Source of the DNA: Pseudovirgaria hyperparasitica
Lineage: Eukaryota
Assembly: GCA_010093815.1 (NCBI GenBank)
Contig: ML996568.1
Reading direction: 5' to 3' (one strand)
Length of the DNA: 64,000 nucleotides
In this document: positions 1 to 11,999 of the stretch, in pieces
Numbering within the stretch: the stretch's first letter is position 1
Layout: the number at the start of each line of letters is the position of its first letter
Position numbers and translations under genes: made by a program
The notes under the pieces: model-generated
Database searches by the model: none
Told to the model about the DNA's origin: nothing
What the model saw: the letters and a program-made list of their open reading frames with translations, nothing else

Positions 1-1134
1 ACCCTCCGCATCAAATCCTTCACCTCCGATCCTCCGCAACCTAATCAGTCTTACACCAGCATACATACAACATACGAGGAGATCCATTTCAAAGCCCTTC
101 TCACTCCTCCACTTGCCCAAAGTTTTCACCCGCCAGACACCCCCACCCAAATTCTCCTCTGCCAATACCCTTCGCCGTCCTACCTTCGGCACATACACGA
201 CGCGTAGGTAATCATCATAGCTGCCTGTTATACACACTTTCCCACTGCTAGTCAGCGGCAGCACAGCCGTCACACCCGCGCCATGGATCTTTCTCTCCGC
301 CCAATCCACTCTCGTATCCGCACCTTGCTGCAGCACACTGGAAATCGATTGCTCAACGCCCGTGTTGTCAAATTGGGGCAGTGAGACATATCGCAGCGCT
401 GCGTCATCTGCGCCAGAAAACAGTCCGCTTCCGTCAGGTGCGAATGCCGTGATCCATGCTTCGAGATCGTGGGTAAGGACCTGTACAGTTTCGCTGCATA
501 CCGGTGTGTCCGGTCTAGGGATATGCAAGAGATAGGTGGCGTTTGTGCTCAATGTGCATGCAAGAACAGATGGAGCGCTCGGGTGGAAGACAAAAGAGGT
601 GATCAGGGATGATAGAGGGAAGAATTGAATTGTACGAGAGTGTGTGATGTACCCTTGGTCTAGGGATTGTGGATTTAGAGTGTAAAGAGCGACAGAGCCG
701 GTTGATGTCGCGGCGACGAGGATGGAGCTGTTGAATGGGTCGAAGTGAATATCCAGGATTGCGAATGGCGTAGGAAGAGTTTGAAGCACCGTACTGGGAG
801 ATTTGTTAGACGTTGTAAGTATAGGGGCGAAACTCAGGGGTAGAGACAGGCTTTAGGCAGAACTGAGAAGCTTCGCAGAGGCAGACTTGCAATGCGAAGA
901 ACGAAGCAAAACTCACACCGATTCTGCCTCCACACTCAACAGCACCAGACTTCCATTCCTCTCTTGTGTCTTCTTACTATGCTCTGCTATTTCCTCTCCT
1001 TTGCAGTTTTCGTCTTCGCTCTTCTCCAATAGATACGTTCCAACAACCGCCCAGTCCTTCGATCCTGGCCAAAACTCAACACAGCACGGCGGGAAGTCCA
1101 GCACCAATGAGGAAATCGAGGCAATAGAGACCAT
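1..1134 (-). CDS. DPH7: Diphthine methyl ester methylesterase (Dph7/Rrt2/WDR85, WD40 family); 3' end runs off the window
   Basis: ATG at 1134 gives MVSIASISSLVLDFPPCCVEFWP..VVGTYLLE..RNGSL. Intron ~916-794 (GTGAGT..CTAAC..CAG). The next exon reads FAILDIHF, IHGAGVTAV, TGSYDD, ENLGGGVWR and CCMYAG, all typical of Dph7. Confidence 0.85.
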
Positions 1135-2839
1135 TCTGATCCAGGTCCCAAGTCGATCAATGGCATATCTCCTTGTGCGAGAAAACCGAGTTATATGGAA
1201 AGCTTGTGGGTAAGAAATCTCCCTGTTTTTGCCTAGCGCGACCCACCAAAGCGCTTTGAAAGTGAACCCCACTGCTGCTCCCCATCTCAACGATGGTCAT
1301 CACAATTATATACACATTGGACACCCCTGGCATAGTTGTCACAAAACTCTTGAGAGCAATATTCTCATCACTGTTGCCCAGGTACCCAGTTGTCCTTGAT
1401 TGATTCCAGCTGCACAGTTTTCATTTGTAGTCCGCGGCCTAGATGTAGGAGTCTTTGGTTCTACGCCCAAGCAAGAGAGAAATTGCGCCCGTAATCAATT
1501 GAAAAACCCTATACGACCAAATCGTAGCGAATAGAGCACTGTAATCAGTAATTAAGCATATTTCAGCATCCACAAACGTTCAAACGCGCTCCACATAGAA
1601 GGCACCACCTGCGAAGATAAGTCGAATCGCGAAGGGTGCCATCAATAATAGCATGAGTCCCTGCTTATTAGACATTTCCTCCATTTTACCATGAACGGAG
1701 CGGTAGTAACGTATACGATATACAGGACTTCGACTCTGCGAGAGGTAATGGGACAGCAGGCTCCTTATGTGCCGAATTTCACCTAATGAACGTCGAAAGC
1801 CAATATATTTCGATGTATGCAGTACCCGCGCGATGCCTGTATCGATAGGCACACAATCTTGCTCTGTAAGGTTATCCACATATCTGGCAGTCTTCCACAT
1901 ACATGGCGAGATGTTAATGCCGTTGTTGTATTTGCAGCACTGCGCAGGATAGATCCAGTGCCAGAATTGACTTGGATCCAATATCTGGAAATTATCAAAG
2001 CCTTTGCCACGGTCTAGGAAGCTGACAACCAACAAACCCCTCCTGTCATGGCGCATATAGTTCGCCAGAACTACAGTGTGTAATTCCTGCCCGACTGGAC
2101 AATCAGACCTTGTGCAACCACACCTTCAGGCTTCACTGCTTCCTCCTCTACTAACCCTGCCAACTCGCCCCATGGCCAATGTGATCCATCATCCCATAAA
2201 GTGCTGTAATTGCACATATCATTTCCCATACTTCGATTCGAACAAATCGCACTCGACAAATCATCTGGCCTCGAGTCATGATTGGCAGGAGGACACATGG
2301 AACATAAAGACCGAAAGACAACTACGCATAGGTCCAGGTCAGCCACGAAGTCATTTTCAGATACTGTCATCGACATGGTACGAGAAGGTTGACATAGGTC
2401 TGACACCGCTGTGTAATCACCTACCTATCCGATTGTCGTAACCGACCACATTGGAAGAAACCAAAAGCTTCTCCGGATCATTGGAGTGACCACTGCCTAG
2501 GTAGTTTGTTGGGAAGCAGACTTCCTCTAGTGCCACGCCATTAGTATCATGACAGACGCGCGAGTCACCTGGTCCGTCACCAAGCATAGCAAAGCCTTCA
2601 ATTGATAGCTGTACAGAGATAGTTTGACGTACGACCTATTCCTAGTCAGCAAGGTAACATCCGACAGAAGAGATGAATGGCCACACAGCAGAACGCAGAA
2701 TAGCAACCTTGAAGAGACACACAAAAGTCGAAAGCTAAATCAAGTCTATGCAGTCCTCTCGCTCTTGCTAATCCATCATATAATACAAGAAACGACATCT
2801 GAGCCCCCTTCGTCTCCTCGCTTTACCCGGTCCACAATT

Positions 2840-4572
2840 TCAGTAGTGAATAGCTTTCCCATACGTTGCCATAGCTGCCTCCTTGAAAGCCTCGGCCAGC
2901 GTCGGATGCGCATGGCTTGTCCTCGCAACATCTTCACAGCTTGCGCCATATTCCAACGCCAACACACCCTCCGCAATCATCTCGCCTGCATTCGGTCCCA
3001 CAATGTGAATACCAAGGATGCGGTCCGTCTCTTTATCAGCTAGAAACTTGACTAGACCTTCCGTATCCAGATTCGTCTTGGCGCGCGAGTTGGCACTGAA
3101 CGGGAAGCTGCCGACGTTGTACTTAATGCCTTGCGCCTTCAGCTCCTGCTCGTTCTGCCCAACCCAGGCGACTTCAGGGTGCGTGTACATGACCGAGGGA
3201 ATCGCGTTGTAGTTAACGTGGCCGTAGTTTTTGGTAATGAACTCGATGGCAGCAACGGCTTCTTCCTCGGCTTTGTGCGCAAGCATGGGTCCAAAGGTGC
3301 AGTCTCCAATGACACGGATGTGCGGGACTTTTGTGCGGAACTCTTGGTCAATAACGAGGCGGCCCTTGTCATCGGTTTCGATGCCAATGTTTTCGATGCC
3401 GAGGCCGGCGGTGTAGGGGCGGCGGCCGATGGCAACGAGAACAACGTCAGCGTCGAGCTGGGAACGTGTTAGTGGTATTTGAATGCATGTTTTATAGACC
3501 AACGTACTGTCTCCTCCTTGCCTCCTTTCGCAGCTTCAGTGCTAATCTTGACACCATCACTACCAGCGTCGCCACTAGTGACCTTGGTGTTCAGCTTAAA
3601 CTTGATGCCCTGCTTTGTGAGAATCTTTTGTGACATCTTCGCGATTTCAGCGTCCATGCCAGGACCGCCGATCTGACCTAGGTACTCAACAACGGTAACT
3701 TCAGAGCCGAGCCGCGACCATACGGAAGCCTGTGAGGTATTAGAGTCTGTCGTAGAAGAAATGACCGATATCCTACCATTTCCAGACCAATAATACCACC
3801 GCCAATAACGGTCATCTTCTTAGGCACCTCCTTCAACGCAATTGCACCGGTACTTGTAATGACCTTCTCCTCATCTATCGTCAAGCCTGGGAATGGCGTA
3901 GCCTCACTGCCCGTCGCGATAAGGATATTCTTGCCCCTAACTGACGTCTCGCCACCTTCCGTCAAGTTAACCTTAACGGTATGTTCATCGGCGAATGCCC
4001 CGGTTCCCTTGATGTACTCCACGTTGTTCTTCTTGAAGAGGAACTCGATACCCTTGGTCAAACCACTCACAGACGTCTCCTTGGCCTTCATCATCTGCGT
4101 CAGATTGAGCTTCACATCGCCAACCTCGATACCACGGTTTTTAGTGTCGTGTAGGATTTGGTGGTAGAGATGCGAATTGTTGAGGAGAGACTTTGAAGGA
4201 ATGCAGCCGACGTTGAGACATGTGCCGCCGAGGGACCCGCGTTTCTCTATACATGAGACCTATAATTGTGTATTAGTTCGCGTCAACGTACGAGGGGTGA
4301 GAGGTGATCTTACTGAAAGACCTGCTTGGCCAGCCTTAATTGCCGCAACGTATCCAGCGACACCTCCGCCGATGATGACGAGGTCTTTCTCCTCTGTACA
4401 GACGTCAGTGATGAGCCATATGGCTATAGCAATCGCAGAAGAGCGTACCAGCTTCCGTGGCGTACCACCTCCGCGCTCTCTCAGCAGTGTAGAATGTTGG
4501 GCGGGAGACAGAGCTGTTGACAGGTCTCGAAAGCTGCCTTGTGGTAGCTCTGGGGAGCGCGCGCGAAAGCAT
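2840..4572 (-). CDS. LPD1: Mitochondrial dihydrolipoamide dehydrogenase (E3), multi-exon
   Basis: Arg/Ser-rich presequence [24 protein letters not shown] motif IIGGGVAG; redox disulfide [16 protein letters not shown] motif [10 protein letters not shown]-terminal [12 protein letters not shown] introns. Confidence 0.97.
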
Positions 4573-5445
4573 GATGTGTAGTGAGGTTTTGATGGCGGAA
4601 TGGGAAGCTGTAGCGCACAGCACTGGGTACAATTGATGGTGGTGGCGGCTAGAAAGACTTGTGAGAAGATGCTGATGAGAGCAGACCCCGGAAATCTGCG
4701 GTACAAGCGGGTTTGTTTGCTAGACGGTTGGTCATCGCGTGGCGTACCCATTGAAACGGTTAGCGCCGCAGTGCCTTGTGGGTATGTCGGAGCAACAGAC
4801 CCGCGTCAAGTCTCGAAAATGCCATTTTCACGATAATGAGAGCCATGAAGATGAATGCTATGCAGGTTGAGCACTTACGATTGTCTTCAATCATATGACC
4901 TAGTGTCATGCAAGTGCGACAGCATGATGCCGTAGCTTTCGGGGTAGCGCTTCGTATAAAATACATAGAAGGACAACCTGGAAAAGAGATGCTTCCCTCC
5001 TCTCGTATGGCGCAATATATAATCTGCAACCCTAAAGTCCCTCCGCCGCTATTGTGGATCCAATCTCTGCTCCCTCTTCTCATCCCCTGACCCCAAGAAG
5101 CTTTTATCGCCAGCCGAGAGCAAGCACGGGGACTATACCAAGCCTGCATAACGCCAAAAAATGCTCACCAGTTGTCCAGTCTCTCCCTGTCATCTGTAGG
5201 GAGTGGTAGAGACAGGAGTGGACACTGGCATCCTGAAGGTCTATGCGCCGTAACAAAGGAAAGGTTAATGCTATAGTCGGTTTGTTGCTCCGTAGGTAGG
5301 TGGTGGTATAAAGTAAAACAGAAGGGGTGTGTGAAATAGGTGTGTTCTCTGGCCTGACAACACGAGCCACATTATTGATATCAAGGCGTCGGATCCTAAG
5401 ATAGTGGCAGTCTGCTGACAAGAGACAACGTTTGGTTGTCGTCGC

Positions 5446-8400
5446 TTAGACGACAGATTTCACCTGGGCGGATAGCTGTTCCTTTGCTTGCTTGATGACC
5501 TCTTCGAGTCTGGTAAGGAACGTAAGTTTATCGAAGGCACTAGCTGTACCATTGGTAAGATTGGACTGTGCACGTGTCAATTGCGCAACGACCTGCTCCG
5601 GCGCCTCAGCAAGCAAGGCCATAATGAGTGAATCGACGTCAACGCTAGTAAGACCGGCAGCGTCTTCTTTCTGGGCAAGCTGGATTAGGTTCAAGGCGGT
5701 TTGCTGCTCTACCATAGTATGACCCGCGAAAGGTGTTGTGAAAGTAGTGTGTGGTGGACGAGCGCTAGGTGTTGTTGTTATTGTGGGAGGCTGCATCAGT
5801 TTCTGCCGTTTCTCGCGGGATCTATCAAAGTGTCAGCCATGGAACGTCTCTTCATGAGACTGTACTCTACAATTTCGCGGCGTGGATAAAGTCAAGCTTG
5901 ATCCCATATACGGGTAGCCTGAGGACTTGACCCTCCTCCTCTCCACTAGGCTCGTCGTAAAATTCACTATCGTCGCTCGAGTCGTCGACGACCTCGATGA
6001 CACCGTTGTTGCGATAGCCACGTCGAAGGGCAGGATCGACATAAACTGGATTCTTGGGTTTTCGGAGGCGGTGCGTCCGTCGCCCATTGATTGGGATACT
6101 GTCGGGATCAATCACGTGTTCTGACTTCGGCTCAATGGCCTTGAGATCACGGTTGACATGGCGAGGGCATTTGAAAGCTTGTCGCTTGGTCCATTCGTGA
6201 TTTACCGAGGGCGGTACCGCCAACGGAGGATCACAGCAATCCATGTGCCAGTGCTCTTGGCAGACCTGACACTGCAGCATCGGACGACCGTCAAGAGATG
6301 ATTTGCCGCACTGAGCGCACAAGATGACGCCACTTTTGTCTTTCAACTTGGTCAAGTCCTCAGACTCGATATAACCATGGCGATTTTTGCTGTGTACTGG
6401 TCAGCTTGGACAAACTGTTGTCCCTGGTAAGACTTACGCTCGTATCCACACGCCTTCTTCCTCATATTCCCCATCGGGCCCAGTTTTGACATCTTCGAAG
6501 AATTCGCGAATACGTTCTGGAAGAGAGAACGTCATAGGCTTGCTCCACTCCATCTGGTCTATGAGCCTCGCGAAGAGGCCTTCTCGGGGCTCATCAGCAC
6601 CTGGTGGCCGGACTTCGTACATAACACAATGTGAACACCACCAGTTTTCGTCTCCTTCCAGATCCTTTTCCTCAACAGGTGGCTCGGCGCACGTGAAGTG
6701 AAACCACTCAGTGCATTTGTCGCAAGAAATCAGGAGACCAATTCCTCCGCAAGCAGCACATACCTCCTCGTCATCAGACTGTTCATCATGAATTAGCATA
6801 CGCGACGTCTTGGTTGCAGCGCAGGAGTGTTTGCAGCGATGGCAAAGCAAATGAAGCTTGGAAAAGCATGGCATGGGCTAAAGGAAGATGGAAAAGTAGC
6901 AGTGGAGGACGATACAAAAGCGACGTGAGGATGGACTTGCAGTACAGGGACAAAAGCGTGGAAATAGGGAAAGACAGAAGCGGTATGGTGTGAGTGTTGG
7001 GCTGCGGGCATGCCAGAAGATATGCCCTATGAATGAAAAATGTGCTAGGAGCGCGAGTGTGCGACCTACCAAATCACCGTCAGCGCTGGGGCCCTCAATG
7101 CCGCCACTCCTAGTCATCGGCGCCTGGCCAGCCACCGCCTTGGTTTTGTTCTTGTTCGGCCTGAAGTAATGAATGTTTATTAGCCATGGTCATCATAGAA
7201 CTTCTTGCTCTCTCGCGAATCAAACAATCGCCTTCGTTGATATATCGTGTGTTGTTGCATCGGCTGTCGTGGTATCACCAGAGGTGGCTGAGAGGAAGCT
7301 GAAACAGTATGCGCAGCAGCACACGTGTCTCTTCCATTCCACGACCACGGTGCAAAAAGACAATGAGTGGAGGAAGGAATAAGGCTACTTACGAGGATAT
7401 CATAGTTCGCAATCCTTTCTTGCGGGTCGGTGCCCCGAGACGTGGGAAGTGCTTGCTGGGAGGCGAAGAATAATCAACCGTAGACAGGTCATCATCGTCG
7501 TCGTCGCTGGCCTTGGTTTTATTACTGGCCTGCTGTCCGTTGACAAGGCCGTTGGAACGAGGCGGTAGTGAGTTCGAGAGTGGAGTTCGAGGTCTGTACT
7601 TTGGATCGAGACGGTATGAGCTCTCGGAGAACTTCACGTCGTCGAACGCTCGCAGACGCTCTTTCCTTCTGGCATAGATAGCGTCAATCTCCGCGTGATC
7701 TTCTGTCTCAGTCGCCTCGGAAAGGTCACCGTCGTCGGTTACACGTTTGCCTGCTCGAGTCTTACTAACAGGTGGATGTCGTCCAAGCAGAGCTCCTTTG
7801 GGGGCAGCCATTCTTTTCGGTCGTGTTGTTGCTTCAGTACTAGCGATGGTGCCGTTCGTTGCCACTGCGTCCGGCGGAGGACCTTGTGCAATGGTTTCGT
7901 CGACATCACTAAGATCCGAGTCTGAGTCATTGACTGCGAGGGTGCGGGTAACCTTCGAGGCCGAAGCTTTGACAGATGCTGGTGATGATGGTACAACCGA
8001 TGAGGACATGTTCAAAGCGCGCGTCGTTCGGGGTGTGCGTGTTGGCTCAATTTGGGGAGTGACCTTGGGAGGTGAGAAGGCCGGGGTTGGGGCCGGCTCT
8101 TTCGACATCTTGAGAGAAAGTCTTAGTCGTTTCTTTGGTGGTGATTCACGAGCTTTGGCTTGTTGCTTGAGTTTCCTAACAGTTCGCTTGAAATATGCAG
8201 TCTGCGCCGGGGTGGCCGACCTCGCAAGGATACCGTCGAGGGCTTTGATCAGGCGAGAATCGTGTGCACTGTTCTCGTACATCTTTTGTAAGGCTACATT
8301 CGTGCGAACGTCACTGTTGTCGCGGGCTTCTTCACAAGCACGGTCCACAATTTTTCCAAAATTGTTGAACCGAGATAAAAGTGGCTGGGGATGTTCCGTA

Positions 8401-8921
8401 TTTTTGGCGGCCTGCACTGTTTTATCCACTACCTCGTCCACTGGTTCCGTGACTGCTGGCTCTTCCGATGCTTCTATCTCTGTATCCGCTTCGACCGTAT
8501 CCTCTGGACGAGCAGATGCTTCACGTGTAACAGGGCCTGATGCCAAAGTGTCAGGGGAATCACGGGTATTGTCGTCTCTTGACAGCAATCCGTTCATGAA
8601 CACTGGCCGCTTCTGTGCGTCGCCTCGCAGTTTTGCTTTCAATTTCGCAGATGGCGGCGTGCCTAATGGTTCCATGTGCTGGAGGACCCCCTGACGTTCA
8701 AAGCCATGGTCTTCGAAACTAGGTCTAGGATTAGGCGGTGGCGGCTCTACCCATGAGTCCAACGTGTTCTGCGGTCTCGCTTTCTGGGGCAGAGAGGTCG
8801 ATAGAGCGGAGGGAACTGAAATTTTAGGAGTGGTAGTCGCGCTGGCTGGTCTTGCTCTCGGTGTGTTTGCCCGACTCGATCTGCGCGTAGCCCGTGAGGA
8901 AGCGTTCAGGGCCATGTTCAT
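5446..8921 (-). CDS. Double PHD-finger chromatin protein, Rco1-like (Rpd3S HDAC subunit)
   Basis: Exons ~8921-7393, 7160-7070, ~6778-6437, ~6384-5871 and 5821-5446 join in frame. PHD1 CAACGGIGLLISCDKC..HFTCAEPP..WWCSHC; FSLPERIREFFEDVKTGPDGEY linker; PHD2 CAQC..CQVCQEHWHMDCCDPP..FKCPRH. A probable 5'UTR intron lies at ~8990-8937. Confidence 0.8.
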
Positions 8922-9629
8922 CCCTTATGCGCAGCCCTGCGTCGATGTCAGTAAGTCTCTGATTAATGAGAATATGATGGTGATAATTACCGCGCGTGGC
9001 GATGAGTAGTAGAGGGCGACCTCACGTCTTGGGGCGTGGTGTGGCGCGTTTCTTTGAAAACGGGGGTGTGAGGTGTTAGAGAGCTCGCGAAGGAACGCAG
9101 CCAGAACACGGAGTCGGCTCGGGAGACCCCTTAGATTGGAATTGCTGAAAGTGCCACCTCAACTGAATAGCGCCTATCTTGCCACGACCAGGTGCAGCTT
9201 CAGCTAGTAGCAGTCACACCGAGAAATATAATGATTGGTGCTTGTGAAAAATGATGAAGTAAATGTTGTAAGACTTTGTTGCAGGGCATGGAGAGGGAAT
9301 GAGTGTGAAGTTCACGGGGAGGCACCGAGCAGGGGATAGGAAAAGCCTTATCACTTGCGCGGCATTCCGGCGAATTAATAGTCATTCAGACAACATTTTT
9401 TGGTAGTTTTATTTTTGTGTTCGCCTTTCTATTCATCTAACGCTACTTTCGGTAGACTAAGATAAGTGACTTCAAGTGATGTCTTTTGTAGTGCATCCCA
9501 ACCCCCCAAAATGGGCTATGCGTATGCAAAGTCAGATGACCAGACTGGAGATAGCCTCACGGTCGCTTAAGCCTATATTCACCGCAGCAGGATTTTGGGT
9601 GCATCATGTCTTGAACCTTCAGATATGGC

Positions 9630-11118
9630 TTACTCATCGTCAGAGTCCTCCTCGTCGTCGTCGTCGTCCTCTTCCTCCTCTACCTTCTTGGCGGGCTTCT
9701 TCTTCTTCTTCTTGTTCTTCTTGCTCTTGTTGCTTGGGGGCTTACCAATAGGCTGCTCCAAGATGGCAAGAATCTCCTCATCCGTGATCTTCTTGTCAGT
9801 CTCGAATTTGCTCAAATCTGGCGTAGGAGGGCCAGCCAAACGTGTCAACCCGTTCTTAGTGAGAGCTGTGAATGCTGTCAACGTCGCGTGTCCTTAAGTG
9901 ATGTGGAAAACATGTTTCAAAAACTTACCAACTGTGGTGAATACCCTTCCAACTGGCTCCCCATCCTTGTCACCAACAACTTCGTACTGGCGGAAGACTC
10001 CACCCCGAACGCACTCGACAACGCCGACCTTTGCGGACTTCTCATCGTCGAGTTGGCGTAAGCTGAAGGCAAAGGTACCGAACTTTTTCTGTACTTCCGA
10101 AAGTGTAGTCCTTGAGCTGGGACGTTTCAGGCCGTAGGTAGTAGTGGTGCGACGATGCAGGGTGGGTCGATTGCCCAAAGTCTTGACCTTACCACTGCCT
10201 AGACTCACACCCATTTCAACTCCCCAGACCTCTGAGACATCAGGCAACCCCTCGCCACGGACGCTGTCACCAGGAGAAAGAATGATCTTCTTCTTGCCTT
10301 CAATCTCGTTGCGCTCAAAGAGCCAGCAAGTGGTGCTTTCTACAATGTTGCAGCCATAGCTCTTCGCAACTTTCTCAACCAGCTGGGTAATCTTGCTCTG
10401 ACTGTATGGCTTCTGCGTAGCAGCCTTAGTCTTCTCTTCCTCAGTCGTAGCCAGAGTACCAGGAGGGATCATCATGCGTAGAAGGAGCTCATTAGCATAA
10501 TGCGTAGCAAGAAGAAGGTCTGCCTCCCTGCCAGACACCTTGCCATCCTTGTTGCTTCCGCCGGCGACCACAATAGAATCGCAGACGATAGTGCCGAAGC
10601 CATCAATCTGAGCACCCAGCTGGATCTTGATAACTTCTCCGGCTTTGAGTACAGTCTCGGCTTCTTCGGCGTCGGTCTTGAGCGGAGTGTAAGGGGTAAT
10701 GTAGGAGCTCGGGGAGATAGTCGTCGGATGCGAGAAGCCTTTAGCAATCTTCTTCCCCTTGTACACCTTCGCAATTTCGTCCGATAAGAGCTGGTCGCCC
10801 TTCTCGCAAAGCTCGACAATCTTCGAACCCTCAGTGCACCATCCTAAGAAGCTGTTAGCCTAATAAAGCTATAGCTGAAATCTGCGAGACTCGGTACCTG
10901 TGACAGCTTCGAGGACCTTCTGCGAGATCGTTGCAGCAGTCTTATATTTGGTCAAGGTATCAGGGTTCGCGAGCGAGTAATCTGCTCAGTTCCATTAGCC
11001 TAAAGATTTCAGTGGGAGGAAGCGTCATGAACACGCCAAATGTGCCTCAGAATAGGAAATCGAGCTGAAAGACAAATGATGATGCAAAATACGTACCAAC
11101 AGCATTTTCTTCAGCCAT
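9630..11118 (-). CDS. PA2G4/Ebp1/Cdb4-like curved DNA-binding protein (inactive M24 peptidase fold)
   Basis: MAEENAVDYSLANPDTLTKYKTAA.., KIVELCEKGD, KIQLGAQIDGF, YGLKRPSSR and a Lys-rich then acidic tail; three GT..AG introns. Confidence 0.9.
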
Positions 11119-11999
11119 AATGATCGACTTTGCCTCTGGTAGACGCAGGGACAGCTGATGATTTGAGAGGTTGTAGACTGCAGGTGTCGTGCGCGATGGA
11201 TGTTTTGTATCGCAGGCGCGGGGTGTTTGAGAGAGGGGCACTTTAGACTCGCTTCCAAGCCCAATCGAAAGCAAGGAACAAGGGGAGCGCCATACATAGT
11301 GACATCGCTAGTAATTCACTTGTAGGACAAAGTACGAACAATTAGCATTCTATGGTTGAATTTTAAAATGATACTTTTGCTCTATCATCGGGTCGCAATG
11401 CCCTACAGGACTTCTGGGATTCTGATACCTAAGTATGAATACAAGAGTCTAAATAAATGATTACAGACGTGGCCCTTCGCAAAAACGTTCCTGTTCGACT
11501 CCTGGCCCTACCCACAGTAAGAAACTGGCTCAGGGCTCAGTGACTTTACACGCTCATGTGCGGCTGGCCAATTGGAACGGGTCCCAACACGATTATGTTC
11601 GTGATGCTCCAGCCTGCTCCAAATTTATGGTCTTATCAATGCATAGAGCGCAGCTGGGGCCTATAAAAAGGTTCTGTGTACAAGAAGCAGCGTTCGAACG
11701 CTCGTCATCATGACGACGCAATTGTACAAAAAACTGTGGGCGATAGTTGTGGATAAGTTGAACCGTGTGTGGAAATCCAGCAAGGTAGTGAACGAGATTC
11801 GTAACAAGTGCTGAAGAGCAAATTTGGGGTATATGTTGCCAGGCCTCCCTGCGGAGGATGCCGCTCTATTGGTCGTCACACGTTGATAGAAGAAACCTTC
11901 CAAAACTTGAAAAAAAAATAAAAGATAAAAAAAGAAAAACCGGTCAGTACCGAGCCGCCTCCATGTGGTCGTGTGGAGTGAACCGTCTGACTTGGCTCG

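Noticed and set aside
1450..2800. Several 60-160 aa ORFs between DPH7 and LPD1
   Set aside because: No recognisable motif or coherent spliced model; they overlap on both strands.
7747..8694. Long antisense ORFs (also 31061-31906 and 34352-35035)
   Set aside because: Antisense shadows of real coding exons or repeats.
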